Shown piece after piece: positions 28,744-38,777 of a DNA stretch of 64,000 bases (the stretch's first letter is position 1; every line of letters starts with the position of its first letter). The stretch comes from Chloroflexota bacterium. Lineage in GTDB: Bacteria > Chloroflexota > Anaerolineae > Anaerolineales > E44-bin32. The notes under the pieces were generated by a model, which was not told the origin of the DNA, did not search any database, and saw nothing but the letters and a program-made list of their open reading frames with translations. The stretch lies in NCBI GenBank assembly GCA_024277995.1, contig JAJRUD010000045.1, positions 12,778 through 76,777 on the forward strand, written 5' to 3'. The position numbers and the translations under genes were made by a program.

Positions 28744-29937
28744 ATGCGAAGAGAAACATCCCAAGAGATGGAAACGCGTACCGACGGGGGGGAAACCCCC
28801 AAGGAGAACCAGCAGCCGGCCGAAAAGCAGAGCGACGCGGCGCCTGCGCCGCGCCGCCCTTTCAGCCTGGCGCGCGTGCCGCCATGGGCGTATCTGCTGG
28901 CCGCCGGCGCCCTGCTGGCAGCCGTGGTCTTCGCCGCCCCGTGGGGCCTGGGCCGCGGCAGGGGTGGCGCGCTGGTGGCCACGGAGACACCCGGCTCACC
29001 CCCCTCAGCCGGACCCGCTTCCCAGCAGGTCTCCCTGCCTCCCTTCCGCAGCAGCTCACCGCCGGATGGATCGGTGCCGCGACGTGCCGACCTGCACACC
29101 GTCATCCCCGACCGGCCGCGCATCGAGGTCGCCAAATACGCTGTCAAGGAGGGCGATACGCTCTTCGGCATCTCAGAGCGCTTCGGCGTGAAGCCCCAGA
29201 CTCTGCTCTGGGGCAACTTCGAGACGCTGCAGGACAACCCCCACAGCCTGCGCCCGGGGCAGGAGCTCAACATCCTCCCCGTGGACGGGACCTACTATCA
29301 GTGGAACGAGGGTGACAGCCTGACGCGCGTGGCCGAGTTCTTCGACGTCGAGCCTCAGGCGATCATCGATTGGCTCGGGAACGACCTGCCGCAAGACATG
29401 GACCTGGACGATCCCCCCATCGAGCCCGGCACGTGGCTGGTCATCCCGGGCGGCCGCCGCGAGTTCGTCACGTGGCGGGCGCCGCGCATCACGCGCAGCA
29501 ACCCCGCTGTGGCCAAGGTCTCCGGCCCGGGAGCCTGCGGTTCCATCTACAGCGGACCAGTAGGAGAGGGGTTCTTCATCTGGCCCACCACCGCCAGCTT
29601 CCTCTCAGGCTTCAACTTCAGCGACTATCATCCAGGCATCGACATCGCCGGGAGCATGGGCAACGCCATCTATGCCTCGGCCAGCGGCGTGGTGGTATAC
29701 GCCGGCTGGAACAACTACGGCTATGGCCTGATGGTGGTCATCGACCACGGAGACGGCTGGCAAACGCTCTACGCACACATGAGCCAGGTGAACGTGGTCT
29801 GCGGGCAGGCGGTCTTCCAGGGGAACGTCATCGGCGGCGTGGGCTCGACAGGCAACTCCTCAGGCCCCCACCTGCACTTCGAAATGCAGCACGACACCTT
29901 CGGCCGCGTCAACCCCTACAACTTCACATCGCCGTGA
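28744..29937 (+). CDS. LysM-domain M23 family peptidase
   Basis: Two LysM repeats, HPGID, YAH, HLHFE. Confidence 0.92.
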   Translation: MRRETSQEMETRTDGGETPKENQQPAEKQSDAAPAPRRPFSLARVPPWAYLLAAGALLAAVVFAAPWGLGRGRGGALVATETPGSPPSAGPASQQVSLPPFRSSSPPDGSVPRRADLHTVIPDRPRIEVAKYAVKEGDTLFGISERFGVKPQTLLWGNFETLQDNPHSLRPGQELNILPVDGTYYQWNEGDSLTRVAEFFDVEPQAIIDWLGNDLPQDMDLDDPPIEPGTWLVIPGGRREFVTWRAPRITRSNPAVAKVSGPGACGSIYSGPVGEGFFIWPTTASFLSGFNFSDYHPGIDIAGSMGNAIYASASGVVVYAGWNNYGYGLMVVIDHGDGWQTLYAHMSQVNVVCGQAVFQGNVIGGVGSTGNSSGPHLHFEMQHDTFGRVNPYNFTSP

Positions 29938-30097
29938 GAGGCCAGCAAGCCATGGTCGCTCCCCTCCCCCCATCCTGCCATCAACCTCCCTTCCCCATCG
30001 AGCTGCGCCCGCCATGCGGAACGCCCAACGCATGGGCGCGTGCTCTTTCGCCTGGCGGATGAGACTCTTTCCGCGCGATGTTCCGTTCCGACGGCTC

Positions 30098-30610
30098 ATG
30101 CCGCGAGACCTGCGCCCGAAGCAGACCGACGGTCATCAGAGCCGAGGCACCTTCGTCCTGTTCGCGGGGCTGGCCGTCCTGCTGTTGCTGATCGCGGCCG
30201 GCTGCAGCACCACCCCGGACCAGGAGCCCATCATTATCAACGGCACTGTCGTCGCACCCGTGCCCACTCTGGATCCCGCGCGGGTGGCGCTCGGCGAGCA
30301 GGTGTACGCGCAGTATTGCGCCACCTGCCATGGGGCGGACCTGGAAGGCAGCCCCAATTGGAGGCAGCCATACCCCGACGGCAGCTATCCGCCCCCTCCC
30401 CAGGACAGCAGCGGCCATAGCTGGCATCACCCTGACGACCTGCTGCTGGAGATCATTGCCGGAGGCGGCGACCCCACTATCGGGGGCACCATGCCTGGAT
30501 TCGCAGAGGCGCTCAGCCGGGAGGAGATGGAGGCCGTGCTCGCCTTCATCAAGAGCCGCTGGGGGCCGGAAGAACGGGCCTTCCAATGGTGGGCCTCAGA
30601 GAGCCGCTAA
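30098..30610 (+). CDS. Monohaem cytochrome c lipoprotein
   Basis: LIAAGC, CATCH, GHSWHHPD, TMP; start uncertain. Confidence 0.88.
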   Translation: MPRDLRPKQTDGHQSRGTFVLFAGLAVLLLLIAAGCSTTPDQEPIIINGTVVAPVPTLDPARVALGEQVYAQYCATCHGADLEGSPNWRQPYPDGSYPPPPQDSSGHSWHHPDDLLLEIIAGGGDPTIGGTMPGFAEALSREEMEAVLAFIKSRWGPEERAFQWWASESR

Positions 30611-30943
30611 CCCAGACGTGACGCTTCTCGACACTCCCCCAGCCTGACCCCCCGACAACTGCAAGATCCGCCGCCGCGCCTCGGCAGAGGCAGCGCCCAG
30701 GCCCCCGGCGGCCGGCTTCCGCAGCCACAACCCGGGACAGCTCCACCTTTTGCATCTGTCGCCCGGCGATAGGCCAAACGGCGCGCTTGCACCGGATCCC
30801 GTGAATACCTCTGCCCTCCACCTTCACGCCCTCTTCACATCTTTTCCCTATCCTTGTGCGTGGCGGGTCCATCCCACCGGATGACCAGGCCCGACAGAGA
30901 CTTTCCGCCCCTCACCGGGCGGATGCATACGGAGGTTCTACCG

Positions 30944-31693
30944 ATGAAAAACAGCACACTGCTCGTACTCCTGATCGCAGCATTTCTCCTGGGTGGTCTG
31001 CTCCTGGGCGCCGGCATCTGGATCGGCCAGTCGAGCCTGCGCGCCATGTGGGGCACAGGCGCATACGGCCCCATGGCGGGCCCCGGCATGATGGGAGGCC
31101 CCGCCGCCATGATGGCACCCTATGCCATCACCGACGGAGAAACGCCTCCGGCGCTCAGCCCGCAGGAAGCCGGCCAGGCCGTGGAGCGCTATTTGGAAAG
31201 CCAGGGATATGCGGATCTGGCGGTCGGCGAGGTGATGATCTTCGACAACGGCGGCTACGCTCAAGTGGTCCGCAAGGATACCGGTGAAGGCGCCTTCGAG
31301 GTGCTCATCGACCCCTACACTCAGGCCGTCTACCTGGAGCACGGGCCGGCCATGATGTGGAACACGGCCTACGGGATGATGGACGGCGCCGGCTTTGGCA
31401 TGATGGGCGGCGGCTACGGCGGCATGATGGGCGGGCTGGGCTTCGCCCCCCGCAACCCAGAGGCCGAGGATCTGAACGTGTCTCCGGACCGGGCGGTGGA
31501 GCTGGCCCAGGATTATCTGGACCGCTTCCTCCCCGGGCTGCAGGCCGATGACCACGCCGACGCCTTCCCCGGCTACTACACACTGCACACCCTGAAGGAT
31601 GATCAGGTGGTCGGCATGTTGAGCGTCAACGCCTTCACCGGCCAGGTCTGGGTGCACACCTGGCACGGCACCTTGCTGGATATGGTGGAGTGA
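30944..31693 (+). CDS. Exported Met/Gly-rich hypothetical protein
   Basis: GGAGG RBS, signal/TM, repeated GMMGG, C-terminal WVHTWHG. Confidence 0.8.
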   Translation: MKNSTLLVLLIAAFLLGGLLLGAGIWIGQSSLRAMWGTGAYGPMAGPGMMGGPAAMMAPYAITDGETPPALSPQEAGQAVERYLESQGYADLAVGEVMIFDNGGYAQVVRKDTGEGAFEVLIDPYTQAVYLEHGPAMMWNTAYGMMDGAGFGMMGGGYGGMMGGLGFAPRNPEAEDLNVSPDRAVELAQDYLDRFLPGLQADDHADAFPGYYTLHTLKDDQVVGMLSVNAFTGQVWVHTWHGTLLDMVE

Positions 31694-31734
31694 GGATCGC
31701 GTGAAGCACGCAGGTCCTGTTCAGCCCGCAGGGC

Positions 31735-31769
31735 AAGCCGCCGGGGTCAATCCCCGGCGGCTTTTTCTT
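31735..31769 (+). terminator. Intrinsic terminator
   Basis: AGCCGCCGGGG-TCAAT-CCCCGGCGGCT followed by TTTTCTT. Confidence 0.85.
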
Positions 31770-31933
31770 CCTTCGGCAAGCGTGAAGGTGCGCGTCGGCT
31801 TGCGCGGCAACGCGCCCGAGGGCATCCCGCTCTGCGTCGCGCGACCGCAGCCCGATGCGGCAGCCTGTCCTGCCCATCCGCGGGCGCCTGGCGACCACCG
31901 GCCTGCAATGTGGATCATGGGCGACAATGCGCC

Positions 31934-31962
31934 TTGACAGGCGCCAAACCCACCCCTACCAT
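31934..31962 (+). promoter_or_regulatory. Sigma70 promoter TTGACA-17-TACCAT, leaderless start
   Basis: -10 ends 6 nt before ATG31969; no SD sequence. Confidence 0.65.
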
Positions 31963-31968
31963 CAGCCC

Positions 31969-33930
31969 ATGCGCAAGCTCGCGCCCCTTGTCCTGATCTC
32001 ATTCCCGCTCGCCCTGACCTGGCCGCTGGCCGCGCATCTCACCACGCACCTCCCGCTCGGCAGCGAGAACGCATTCACCGTCCCCCTTCTCAATCTATGG
32101 ACACTGGGATGGAACGCCGACCGCCTGTTCCAGGGCTGGCAGGGCTATTGGCAGGCCCCCATCTTCCACCCCACCTCGGGGGCCTTCGCCTTCTCCGATC
32201 CACAGCCCCTCACCGGCCCGCTCGCCGCGCTGCTCTGGCCGCTGTCGCCCGCCCTGGCGTACAACACGATTCTGTTGCTCTACATGAGTCTGAACGGGAT
32301 CTCGGCCTATGCACTGCTGCGGGAGCGGGGCCTGAAGCCCGCAGCCGCGCTGGCCGCAGGATTGACCGTCCAGGCGCTGCCTTTTCTGACCCACGAGCGG
32401 GGCGTCCTCCAGCTCCAGGCGCTTTTCGGCCCCATCCTGGCCATCAGCGCGCTCTGGCGCCTCTTCGACGGCCCGACCCTGCGGCGAGCGGCCGCGCTTG
32501 GACTAGCGACGGGGGTCACCTTCCTGACCAGCGAATATTACGCCCTGCTCCTGCTACCTGTCATCGCCGCACACGCCGCTTTCCACCCCCGGGCCATCCT
32601 CCGCCGCAGGCTGTGGCTCTCGGCCGGGCTGGCACTGGCCATCGCTCTGGCTCTCATCTTGCCGGTTGCCATCCCCCAGGGCCGCTACCTGCAGGCCATG
32701 GGATTCCGCCGCTCAGCCACCTCCCTGCAGCACACTTCCGCCCAGCCGATCGACTATCTGCGCGCCTCGCCGCGCCTGCGGGTGCACTCGCTGCTCGCCG
32801 ATCCGGGCGGCGGATCGGGCCAACGGCTCTACCCCGGCGCGGGCCTGCTGACCATGGGCCTGGCTGGAGCCGCGCTCGGGCTGCGCCAGGACAGACGACG
32901 CCGATGGGCCCTGGCGCTGATCGCCAGTGGACTGGCGGCCGGAGTGCTGGCCTTGGGTACGAACATCCAACTCGGCTCGCTCAATCCGCTGGAAGCGATG
33001 CGGCAGTACATCCCCGGCTTGCTCTGGATCCGCAGCCCCTTCCGCATGACGGTCTACCTGCAGCTCTCCCTGGCCTTGCTGGCGGGGGAAGTCTTCCAGC
33101 GATTCCGGGCCACTCGCAGGGAGCTGGTGGCCCTCGGTCTGGCTGTGGCCGTTTTGGGGGAGATCTGGCCCCTGCCGGAGCCGCTGCGCGCCATCCCGCA
33201 GATGAACCCCGCGTGGGCTCGCGCCGTTGCAGGTCGCGGCGCCCGGGTGGTTGCCCACGTCCCATGGTCCGAAGGCGAATCGGTTTCCGCCTATCAACAG
33301 ACATCCATCTGGATGCTGCAGACGCTCGCTCAGGACCTGAGACTGGTCAATGGCTATTCGGGGTTCTTCCCGAAGACCAATGGACAGCTGCGCCACCTGC
33401 TTGAGCGCTTCCCCTCCGCGGCGGGCCTGCGCGCCCTGAAGGTCATGGGCGTCGAGGCGGTCGTCATCCACCGCGAGCTGACGGATAGAGAGCTTTCCTT
33501 CTTGAAAGAGGCCATAGAGTGGGGAGAGATCGAGGTTATCCTGAGAGGGCGCGGGCTCTGGGGGCTGCGGCTCTTGCGCCGCCGGTCGGGCTCCGCAGAG
33601 CGCTATCAGGGTCCATGGAACCTGCAGGCGGAATACGAACGGGGGCGCCTGGATATCCAGGCCCTGGCCACCGTTCCCGACGCGTCCATCTATCTATACG
33701 ACGTATGGTCGACGCCCCTGCCCCTGGAACTCGTCGTGGAGGGTGAGACAAGGCGGTGGCGCCGGGCATTTCGCCCGGCGGGCACCGCCCTGCTCTACCA
33801 TGGATCAAGCGTCCGTCTGAGACAGACCTGGGATCTGCCCCTGCCGGCTGGCTCCTTCGTCGTCAGCCTGGCAAGGAGCGACGACCTCAGGCCGGTAGCA
33901 TCCACGACCGTCGAAGTGGACGCCCCCTGA
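31969..33930 (+). CDS. Polytopic membrane protein, GT-C/YfhO-like glycosyltransferase
   Basis: W.APIFHP..AFAFSD, many TMs, LYPG, RSPFR, LVNGYSGF. Confidence 0.7.
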   Translation: MRKLAPLVLISFPLALTWPLAAHLTTHLPLGSENAFTVPLLNLWTLGWNADRLFQGWQGYWQAPIFHPTSGAFAFSDPQPLTGPLAALLWPLSPALAYNTILLLYMSLNGISAYALLRERGLKPAAALAAGLTVQALPFLTHERGVLQLQALFGPILAISALWRLFDGPTLRRAAALGLATGVTFLTSEYYALLLLPVIAAHAAFHPRAILRRRLWLSAGLALAIALALILPVAIPQGRYLQAMGFRRSATSLQHTSAQPIDYLRASPRLRVHSLLADPGGGSGQRLYPGAGLLTMGLAGAALGLRQDRRRRWALALIASGLAAGVLALGTNIQLGSLNPLEAMRQYIPGLLWIRSPFRMTVYLQLSLALLAGEVFQRFRATRRELVALGLAVAVLGEIWPLPEPLRAIPQMNPAWARAVAGRGARVVAHVPWSEGESVSAYQQTSIWMLQTLAQDLRLVNGYSGFFPKTNGQLRHLLERFPSAAGLRALKVMGVEAVVIHRELTDRELSFLKEAIEWGEIEVILRGRGLWGLRLLRRRSGSAERYQGPWNLQAEYERGRLDIQALATVPDASIYLYDVWSTPLPLELVVEGETRRWRRAFRPAGTALLYHGSSVRLRQTWDLPLPAGSFVVSLARSDDLRPVASTTVEVDAP

Positions 33931-33937
33931 GGGGGCT

Positions 33938-34558
33938 TTACTGGCTCAGCTCACGCAGGTAGCTCACTAACTGCCAGATCTGCTCATCGGAAAGGCTGTT
34001 TCCCCAGGCGGGCATACCTGAATTGAAGGGCTCCATCGCCCCGCCCTCGCTGATGCGCCAGAAGATGTAAGCGTCGTCCATCGTTGACATGACCTGCGAA
34101 TCCGACAGGTCCGGCGGTGCGGGATCCAGGACTGCCGCAGCCGGACCATCGCCCTTGCCCTCAGCCCCATGGCATGCGGCGCAGAAGGTGCTGTAGAGCT
34201 CAGCGCCGGCCACAGCGGCTGAAGCGTCTCCAGCCAAGGGGTTCGTCAGGCCTTCGAAACCCTCGGGGATCTCGACGTGTTCATGCTCGCTCGCCTCGCC
34301 GCCCTCATCGTGTTCACCGGTGGCGTGTTCTTCGCCCTTATCCTCATCGTGCTCACCGGTGACGTGCTCTTCACCTGCCCCACCGTCGTGCTCTTCCGCC
34401 TGACCGGCCTCGCTCTATTCCATGGCCTGGGTCGGCGCAGCCTCGGTCGTCTGCGCGCTGCCCGTCGTGTCTGTTCTGCCTGAGCAGGCAGCGACGACGA
34501 GCGCTGCCAGGGCGAGAATCGCCACCAGGAATGCCCACCTACGACTTCGTTCCGCCAT
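33938..34558 (-). pseudogene. Cytochrome c lipoprotein with His/Glu-rich linker, interrupted by in-frame TAG at 34417-34415
   Basis: ATG34558 (GGAGG RBS), lipobox VAAC, ...AME*SEAG..., then NPL...CAACHG...GMP in the same frame. Confidence 0.75.
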
Positions 34559-34692
34559 CAGTTCCTCCTTGTTCCAACGATGCTGGGGCACGCCGACGAC
34601 CCCATGCCTTCCAGCCGAGCTATCGCCTTATTCTACCCAATCTCGGTCCGTAATAACAGCTTTGTCGCCGCTGCACGTCCTCGACCCACACA

Positions 34693-35214
34693 TCACTGCA
34701 GGCTTTGCAGGAAGAGGATGAGATCGTCCAGGTCCTCATCGCTCATCCGCCAGCGAGGCATCTCGCGGGAGAGTTCGCCGCCGCCGGGCTCGATGCCCTG
34801 GGTCACGGCCAGCTTGAAAGACGCCTCGTCGTAGGCCTCGGCCTCTTCCCCTGCTTCGCCCCCTTCGCCGCCGTGGTCGCCATGCTGACCGCCGGCCAGG
34901 GTCTCCCAGCGGATGTCGGGGGCGTCCATGCGCTCCATGTGCATCCAGTGCTCACCACCGCGGCCGTCCTCGCCGTGGCAGGAGGCGCAACTGAGGCGCC
35001 CGCTCATCATCCCGCCTATGGCCGGCCCCCCGGCATAACGGATGGCGCCCCCCCGCTCGCTGGTTCCCGTGTAGTAGATGCGCTCGCCGTTGGAGCCGTA
35101 GATACCCAGGCCCGGTGCCGAGACGCGCCGCGCCAGCCCCCAGGGAATGCACCCCGCCAGCGCGCCCAGCGCGATTACCGTCAGCAGCTTTCCGCTCCCC
35201 TTGGCAAGCCACAT
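34693..35214 (-). CDS. Monohaem cytochrome c (lipoprotein)
   Basis: LAGC, CASCHG, MPRW. Confidence 0.85.
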   Translation of the reverse strand: MWLAKGSGKLLTVIALGALAGCIPWGLARRVSAPGLGIYGSNGERIYYTGTSERGGAIRYAGGPAIGGMMSGRLSCASCHGEDGRGGEHWMHMERMDAPDIRWETLAGGQHGDHGGEGGEAGEEAEAYDEASFKLAVTQGIEPGGGELSREMPRWRMSDEDLDDLILFLQSLQ

Positions 35215-35903
35215 TACGATGCATCCTCCGCCGCTGTGGGTCTATCGTCGTCGGGAACGCGGGCCAGGATGAGCTTGAACACACCCCCGAACCCCAGGTC
35301 TTCCACACTCTCCAGCTTGAGCCCTGACCGCTCCACGTTGCCCACCGTGTCGCGGTTGATGTTGGCCCCGACCAGGCGCACGACGAGGGGATTCAGCAGG
35401 TCCATGATCCGGCCCAGGGTCGGCGACGGCGAGCGCACGTGCTCCATCAGGGCCACCAGACCGCCCGGCCGCACCACGCGTTTCAGCTCCCTCAGGCCCT
35501 GGATGGGATCTGGCACGGAGCAGAACACGAAGGTGGCTGCCGCTGCATCGAAGCTGTCATCGGGGAAGACCAGCTCCTGGGCGTCCATCATCTCCAGGCG
35601 AGCCTCCTTTTGCAGGCGCTCAGCGCGGCGGCGAGCGCGGGCCAACATGCCGGGCGTCAGGTCAACGGCCGTCACCTGCGCGTTCTGAGGCCAATAGCGG
35701 ATGTTCTTGCCGGTGCCGACGCCGACCTCCAGCAGGAGGCCCTCCGCTGGCAGGCGCTGCTTGACCTCGTGCCAGAACCTCGTACGCCACGGCTGATAGC
35801 GCCTCTCAGCCAGCACTTCCATCCAATCGTAGAGCGGCGCAATGCGCTCATACCGGGCGCGAGCCAGAGCCGTCGCCCGGGCATCAGGAACCCCATCCGC
35901 CAT
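35214..35903 (-). CDS. Class I SAM methyltransferase (PmtA/UbiE-like)
   Basis: LEVGVGTG, FVFCSVPDP, VVRPGG, MEHV. Confidence 0.88.
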   Translation of the reverse strand: MADGVPDARATALARARYERIAPLYDWMEVLAERRYQPWRTRFWHEVKQRLPAEGLLLEVGVGTGKNIRYWPQNAQVTAVDLTPGMLARARRRAERLQKEARLEMMDAQELVFPDDSFDAAAATFVFCSVPDPIQGLRELKRVVRPGGLVALMEHVRSPSPTLGRIMDLLNPLVVRLVGANINRDTVGNVERSGLKLESVEDLGFGGVFKLILARVPDDDRPTAAEDAS

Positions 35904-35936
35904 TTCAGCCTCCCATCGCTGCCTTCTCTATTACCC

Positions 35937-35980
35937 AATGTAACCAGCGGGAGCAGAGGTCGACCAGGGCCATATGGCCT
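35937..35980 (-). promoter_or_regulatory. Operator GGGCCATATGGCCT and -10 TACATT
   Basis: Perfect consensus box at 35967-35980; TACATT at 35942-35937. Confidence 0.65.
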
Positions 35981-36197
35981 ATGGCCGCGGTGATGGGAAT
36001 CCAGGCGTCTGCGCCACGCCGGCCTCTCGCCGTCGCCATCGCTCCCCTGAAACATCGGATGGATTTCCCTGCCCCTGACCTGCCCTGTTCATCGCGTTTC
36101 CGCATCCGCGCCTGCTGGAAGACAGGAGACGCTTCACCAGCAGGAGACCGAAGGTTCAATGCATGCGGGGACGCGCAGCACGTGACTGGAGTACCCC

Positions 36198-36566
36198 CTA
36201 CTCCAACAACCGCAGCAGGTTTTCGCGAGTCAATATATTTGATTCCTCGGCGCGCTCCAGGAAAGGCACCACATCATCGTGCACGCGTCGCCATTCGAGC
36301 TCTGCCCCGCGCTGGCGCAAGATGTCTCGCCAGTTGCGCTCCGTGAGCGCGGGACTTTCCCAGCCCGTCCGCAAAAGGGCATTGTTCAGCAGAGACAAAT
36401 TCGGGTCAGTCCATTCAGGATCGCTCAGATACCACAGCAGATCGTAGAGATCGCGCCCCTTGGCGAGGGAATGTTGAAGGATGGCGTGAATCTTGCCGGC
36501 GAGCAGCAAGCCGGTTTCGAATGCAGGTTCATCTTTCACGATCTCGATGAGGCGCTCAAATTCCAT
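36198..36566 (-). pseudogene. Chimeric remnant of a type IV toxin-antitoxin (AbiEi N-terminus fused to AbiEii C-terminus)
   Basis: LAGKIHA...KGRDLYDL is an AbiEii C-terminal motif; the N-terminal nucleotidyltransferase motifs are absent. Confidence 0.6.
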
Positions 36567-36928
36567 GGCAGCATTTTGCCAGTAATGGCAAATAAACGCA
36601 ACGGATTCCACCCGGGCGGCGCATTCATAGACTCACACGTGTGGCACAGGCCATCGCCAGACATCACCCCGGCGGTCTGCAATCGCTTGCAACGGATAGG
36701 CCGACGCCGCCGCGTGAGCTTCGATGGACCACTGTCCACATACCCACATACGGCGCCGCGGCTGTCGGCTTCGTGATCGTCAGCGCTGCCAGACAATTCT
36801 GGGTGGCATAATCCTAAGCCAGGCATGCATGTTGCGAAAAGGAAAGACCTGCCCTTCCTGGACAGGTCTACGGCGGGCAAGAACCATTGCTGCAATCTTG
36901 AATTCACGCCTCCGGTGGAGGCGCCAGG

Positions 36929-37001
36929 TGGCGAGGGGGAGATTCGAACTCCCAACCAAGGGCTTATGAGTCCCCTGCTCTGCCGATTGAGCTACCTCGC
37001 C
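36929..37001 (-). tRNA. tRNA-Met (CAT), probably elongator; CCA not encoded
   Basis: GGCGAGG/CCTCGCC acceptor stem, TAGCTCAATCGGCAGAGC D-arm, CTCATAA loop, GTTCGAATC T-loop. Confidence 0.93.
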
Positions 37002-37019
37002 GCTCCTTTTCGGAGGGGG

Positions 37020-37048
37020 ATTATACCTGAGGCTGCATTGCTCATCAA
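37020..37048 (-). promoter_or_regulatory. Sigma70 promoter of the tRNA (TTGATG-17-TATAAT)
   Basis: Canonical spacing just upstream of the tRNA. Confidence 0.7.
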
Positions 37049-37149
37049 GCCAAGGGGCTGAGGGAACGATATCTCCACCTGGTGCCCTCTATCCCGAAAG
37101 GCGTTCGCTCGCGCCCGACCCGGGCGCCTCTCGGGAGGGAATCCCGACC

Positions 37150-38328
37150 TCACCCTTCGACCGCTCGCCGCCACCAGCGCTCCATGCGGCGTAAGGCATG
37201 GTCCAGGCGCTCGTCAGGGACGCAGAGCGACAGGCGCATGTAGCCCTCGCCCCGCGGGCCGAAGAGCGAGCCGGGCGCCAGACTCACGCCGGCCTCCTCC
37301 AGCAGCGCCTGCGCCAGTCCCCTGGAGGTCCATCCGCAGGGGCATCCGAACCACACGTAAAGCCCTCCCCGCGGCGGCTCGAAGGCCGCGCCCAGCCGCT
37401 CCAGCAGGCGAGCCACCCGCTCGCTCCGTCGCTGATAGACGGCGTTGCGCGCCTGCAGCCAGGCCTCCTCCGTCCCCAGCGCAGCAACAGCCGCCTGCAT
37501 GAGGGGCAGGAATTGGCCGCTGTCAGCGTGCGTCTTCAACCGGTAGAGCGCCTCCAGCGCCCGCGCATTCCCCAATGCCACCCCCACCCGCCAGCCGGCC
37601 ATGTTGTGGGATTTGGAGAGTGTGTTGAACTCCACCGCCACCTCTCGGGCGCCGGGGACCTGCAGCACGCTGACCGTGCCCGCCTCCCCATAGGTGACCC
37701 GGCTGTAGGCCGCGTCGTGGCACAACAAGAGATCGTGCTCGCGGGCGAAGCCCACCGCCCGCTCGAAGAAGGAGCGCGTCGCCACCGCGCCGGTGGGGTT
37801 GTGGGGGTAATTCAGCCACAGCAGCCGTGCCCGCCGGGCGACCTGCCCCGGGATGGCGCTCAAGTCCGGCAGGTAACCGCGCTCGGGGAGCAAGGGCATG
37901 AAGTGAGGCTCTCCATCAGCGAAACGCGTGCTGTGGGTGTAGGTGAGATAGCCCGGGTCGGGGACCAGGACCACGTCCCCCGGCCCCACCACGGCCTGGG
38001 TGAGGTGGAAGATGCCCTCCTTCGATCCCAGCAGCGGCAGCACCTCCCGCCCGGGGTCGAGGTCCACGCCGAAGCACCTGGAATACGCCCTCGCCCAGGC
38101 TTCGCGCAGCCCGGCGGTGCCGCGATGGCTCTGGTAGCCGTGGCTGTCGGACCGCGCCGCAGAGAGCTGCAGCGCTTCGATCACGTGGGGCGGCGGAGGC
38201 ATGTCCGGCGATCCCACATCCATGCGGATCACCTCCAGCCCGCCTCGCGCCAGTTCGTCGATCTTCCTGCCCAAATCGGCCAGGTAGTTGGCAGGCAGGG
38301 CCGCCACGCGCGGCGGGGACCCCTTCAC
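37150..38328 (-). CDS. Class I/II PLP aminotransferase (LL-DAP-AT-like; probably aromatic)
   Basis: GSKEG, NYPHNPTG, HDAAY, SKSHNMAGWRVG; GTG38328 overlaps the aroQ stop. Confidence 0.88.
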   Translation of the reverse strand: MKGSPPRVAALPANYLADLGRKIDELARGGLEVIRMDVGSPDMPPPPHVIEALQLSAARSDSHGYQSHRGTAGLREAWARAYSRCFGVDLDPGREVLPLLGSKEGIFHLTQAVVGPGDVVLVPDPGYLTYTHSTRFADGEPHFMPLLPERGYLPDLSAIPGQVARRARLLWLNYPHNPTGAVATRSFFERAVGFAREHDLLLCHDAAYSRVTYGEAGTVSVLQVPGAREVAVEFNTLSKSHNMAGWRVGVALGNARALEALYRLKTHADSGQFLPLMQAAVAALGTEEAWLQARNAVYQRRSERVARLLERLGAAFEPPRGGLYVWFGCPCGWTSRGLAQALLEEAGVSLAPGSLFGPRGEGYMRLSLCVPDERLDHALRRMERWWRRAVEG

Positions 38329-38777
38329 GCCCCTTCCTCCCCGGCGTCCAGCATCCAGGCCAGCGCCTGCAGCGCCAGCAGGTAGGAGCGCCAGCCGAAA
38401 CCCGTCACCTGACCCGCGCAGGCCGGGGCGATGAGCAGCCGGCGGCGGAATCCCTCGCGCGCCAGCACGTTGCTCAAGTGCACCTCGATCACCGGCAGGT
38501 CGATGGCCGCCACGGCGTCGCGCAAAGCGATCGAGGTGTGGGCATACGCCCCCGGGTTGAAGACCACACCCTGCGCCCAGGCGCGCGCGCCGTGCAGCGC
38601 GTCGATCAGTTCCCCCTCGTGATTGGACTGGCGGGCGTTCACCTCCAGGCCCAGGCGCCCCCCCCCCTCCTGCAGCCGGGCATCGATGGTCTCCAGAGTC
38701 ATCGTCCCGTAGACCTCCGGCTCGCGCTCGCCGAGCAGATTGAGGTTCGGCCCGTGCAGCACCAGCACTTTCTTCAT
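38325..38777 (-). CDS. aroQ: Type II 3-dehydroquinate dehydratase
   Basis: HGPNLNLLG.REPEVYG, NPGAYAH, EVHLSN. Confidence 0.97.
   Translation of the reverse strand: MKKVLVLHGPNLNLLGEREPEVYGTMTLETIDARLQEGGGRLGLEVNARQSNHEGELIDALHGARAWAQGVVFNPGAYAHTSIALRDAVAAIDLPVIEVHLSNVLAREGFRRRLLIAPACAGQVTGFGWRSYLLALQALAWMLDAGEEGA

Noticed and set aside
34415-34417. Pyrrolysine recoding of the TAG
   Set aside because: The position is a low-complexity linker and no pyl genes are visible; mutation or error is more parsimonious
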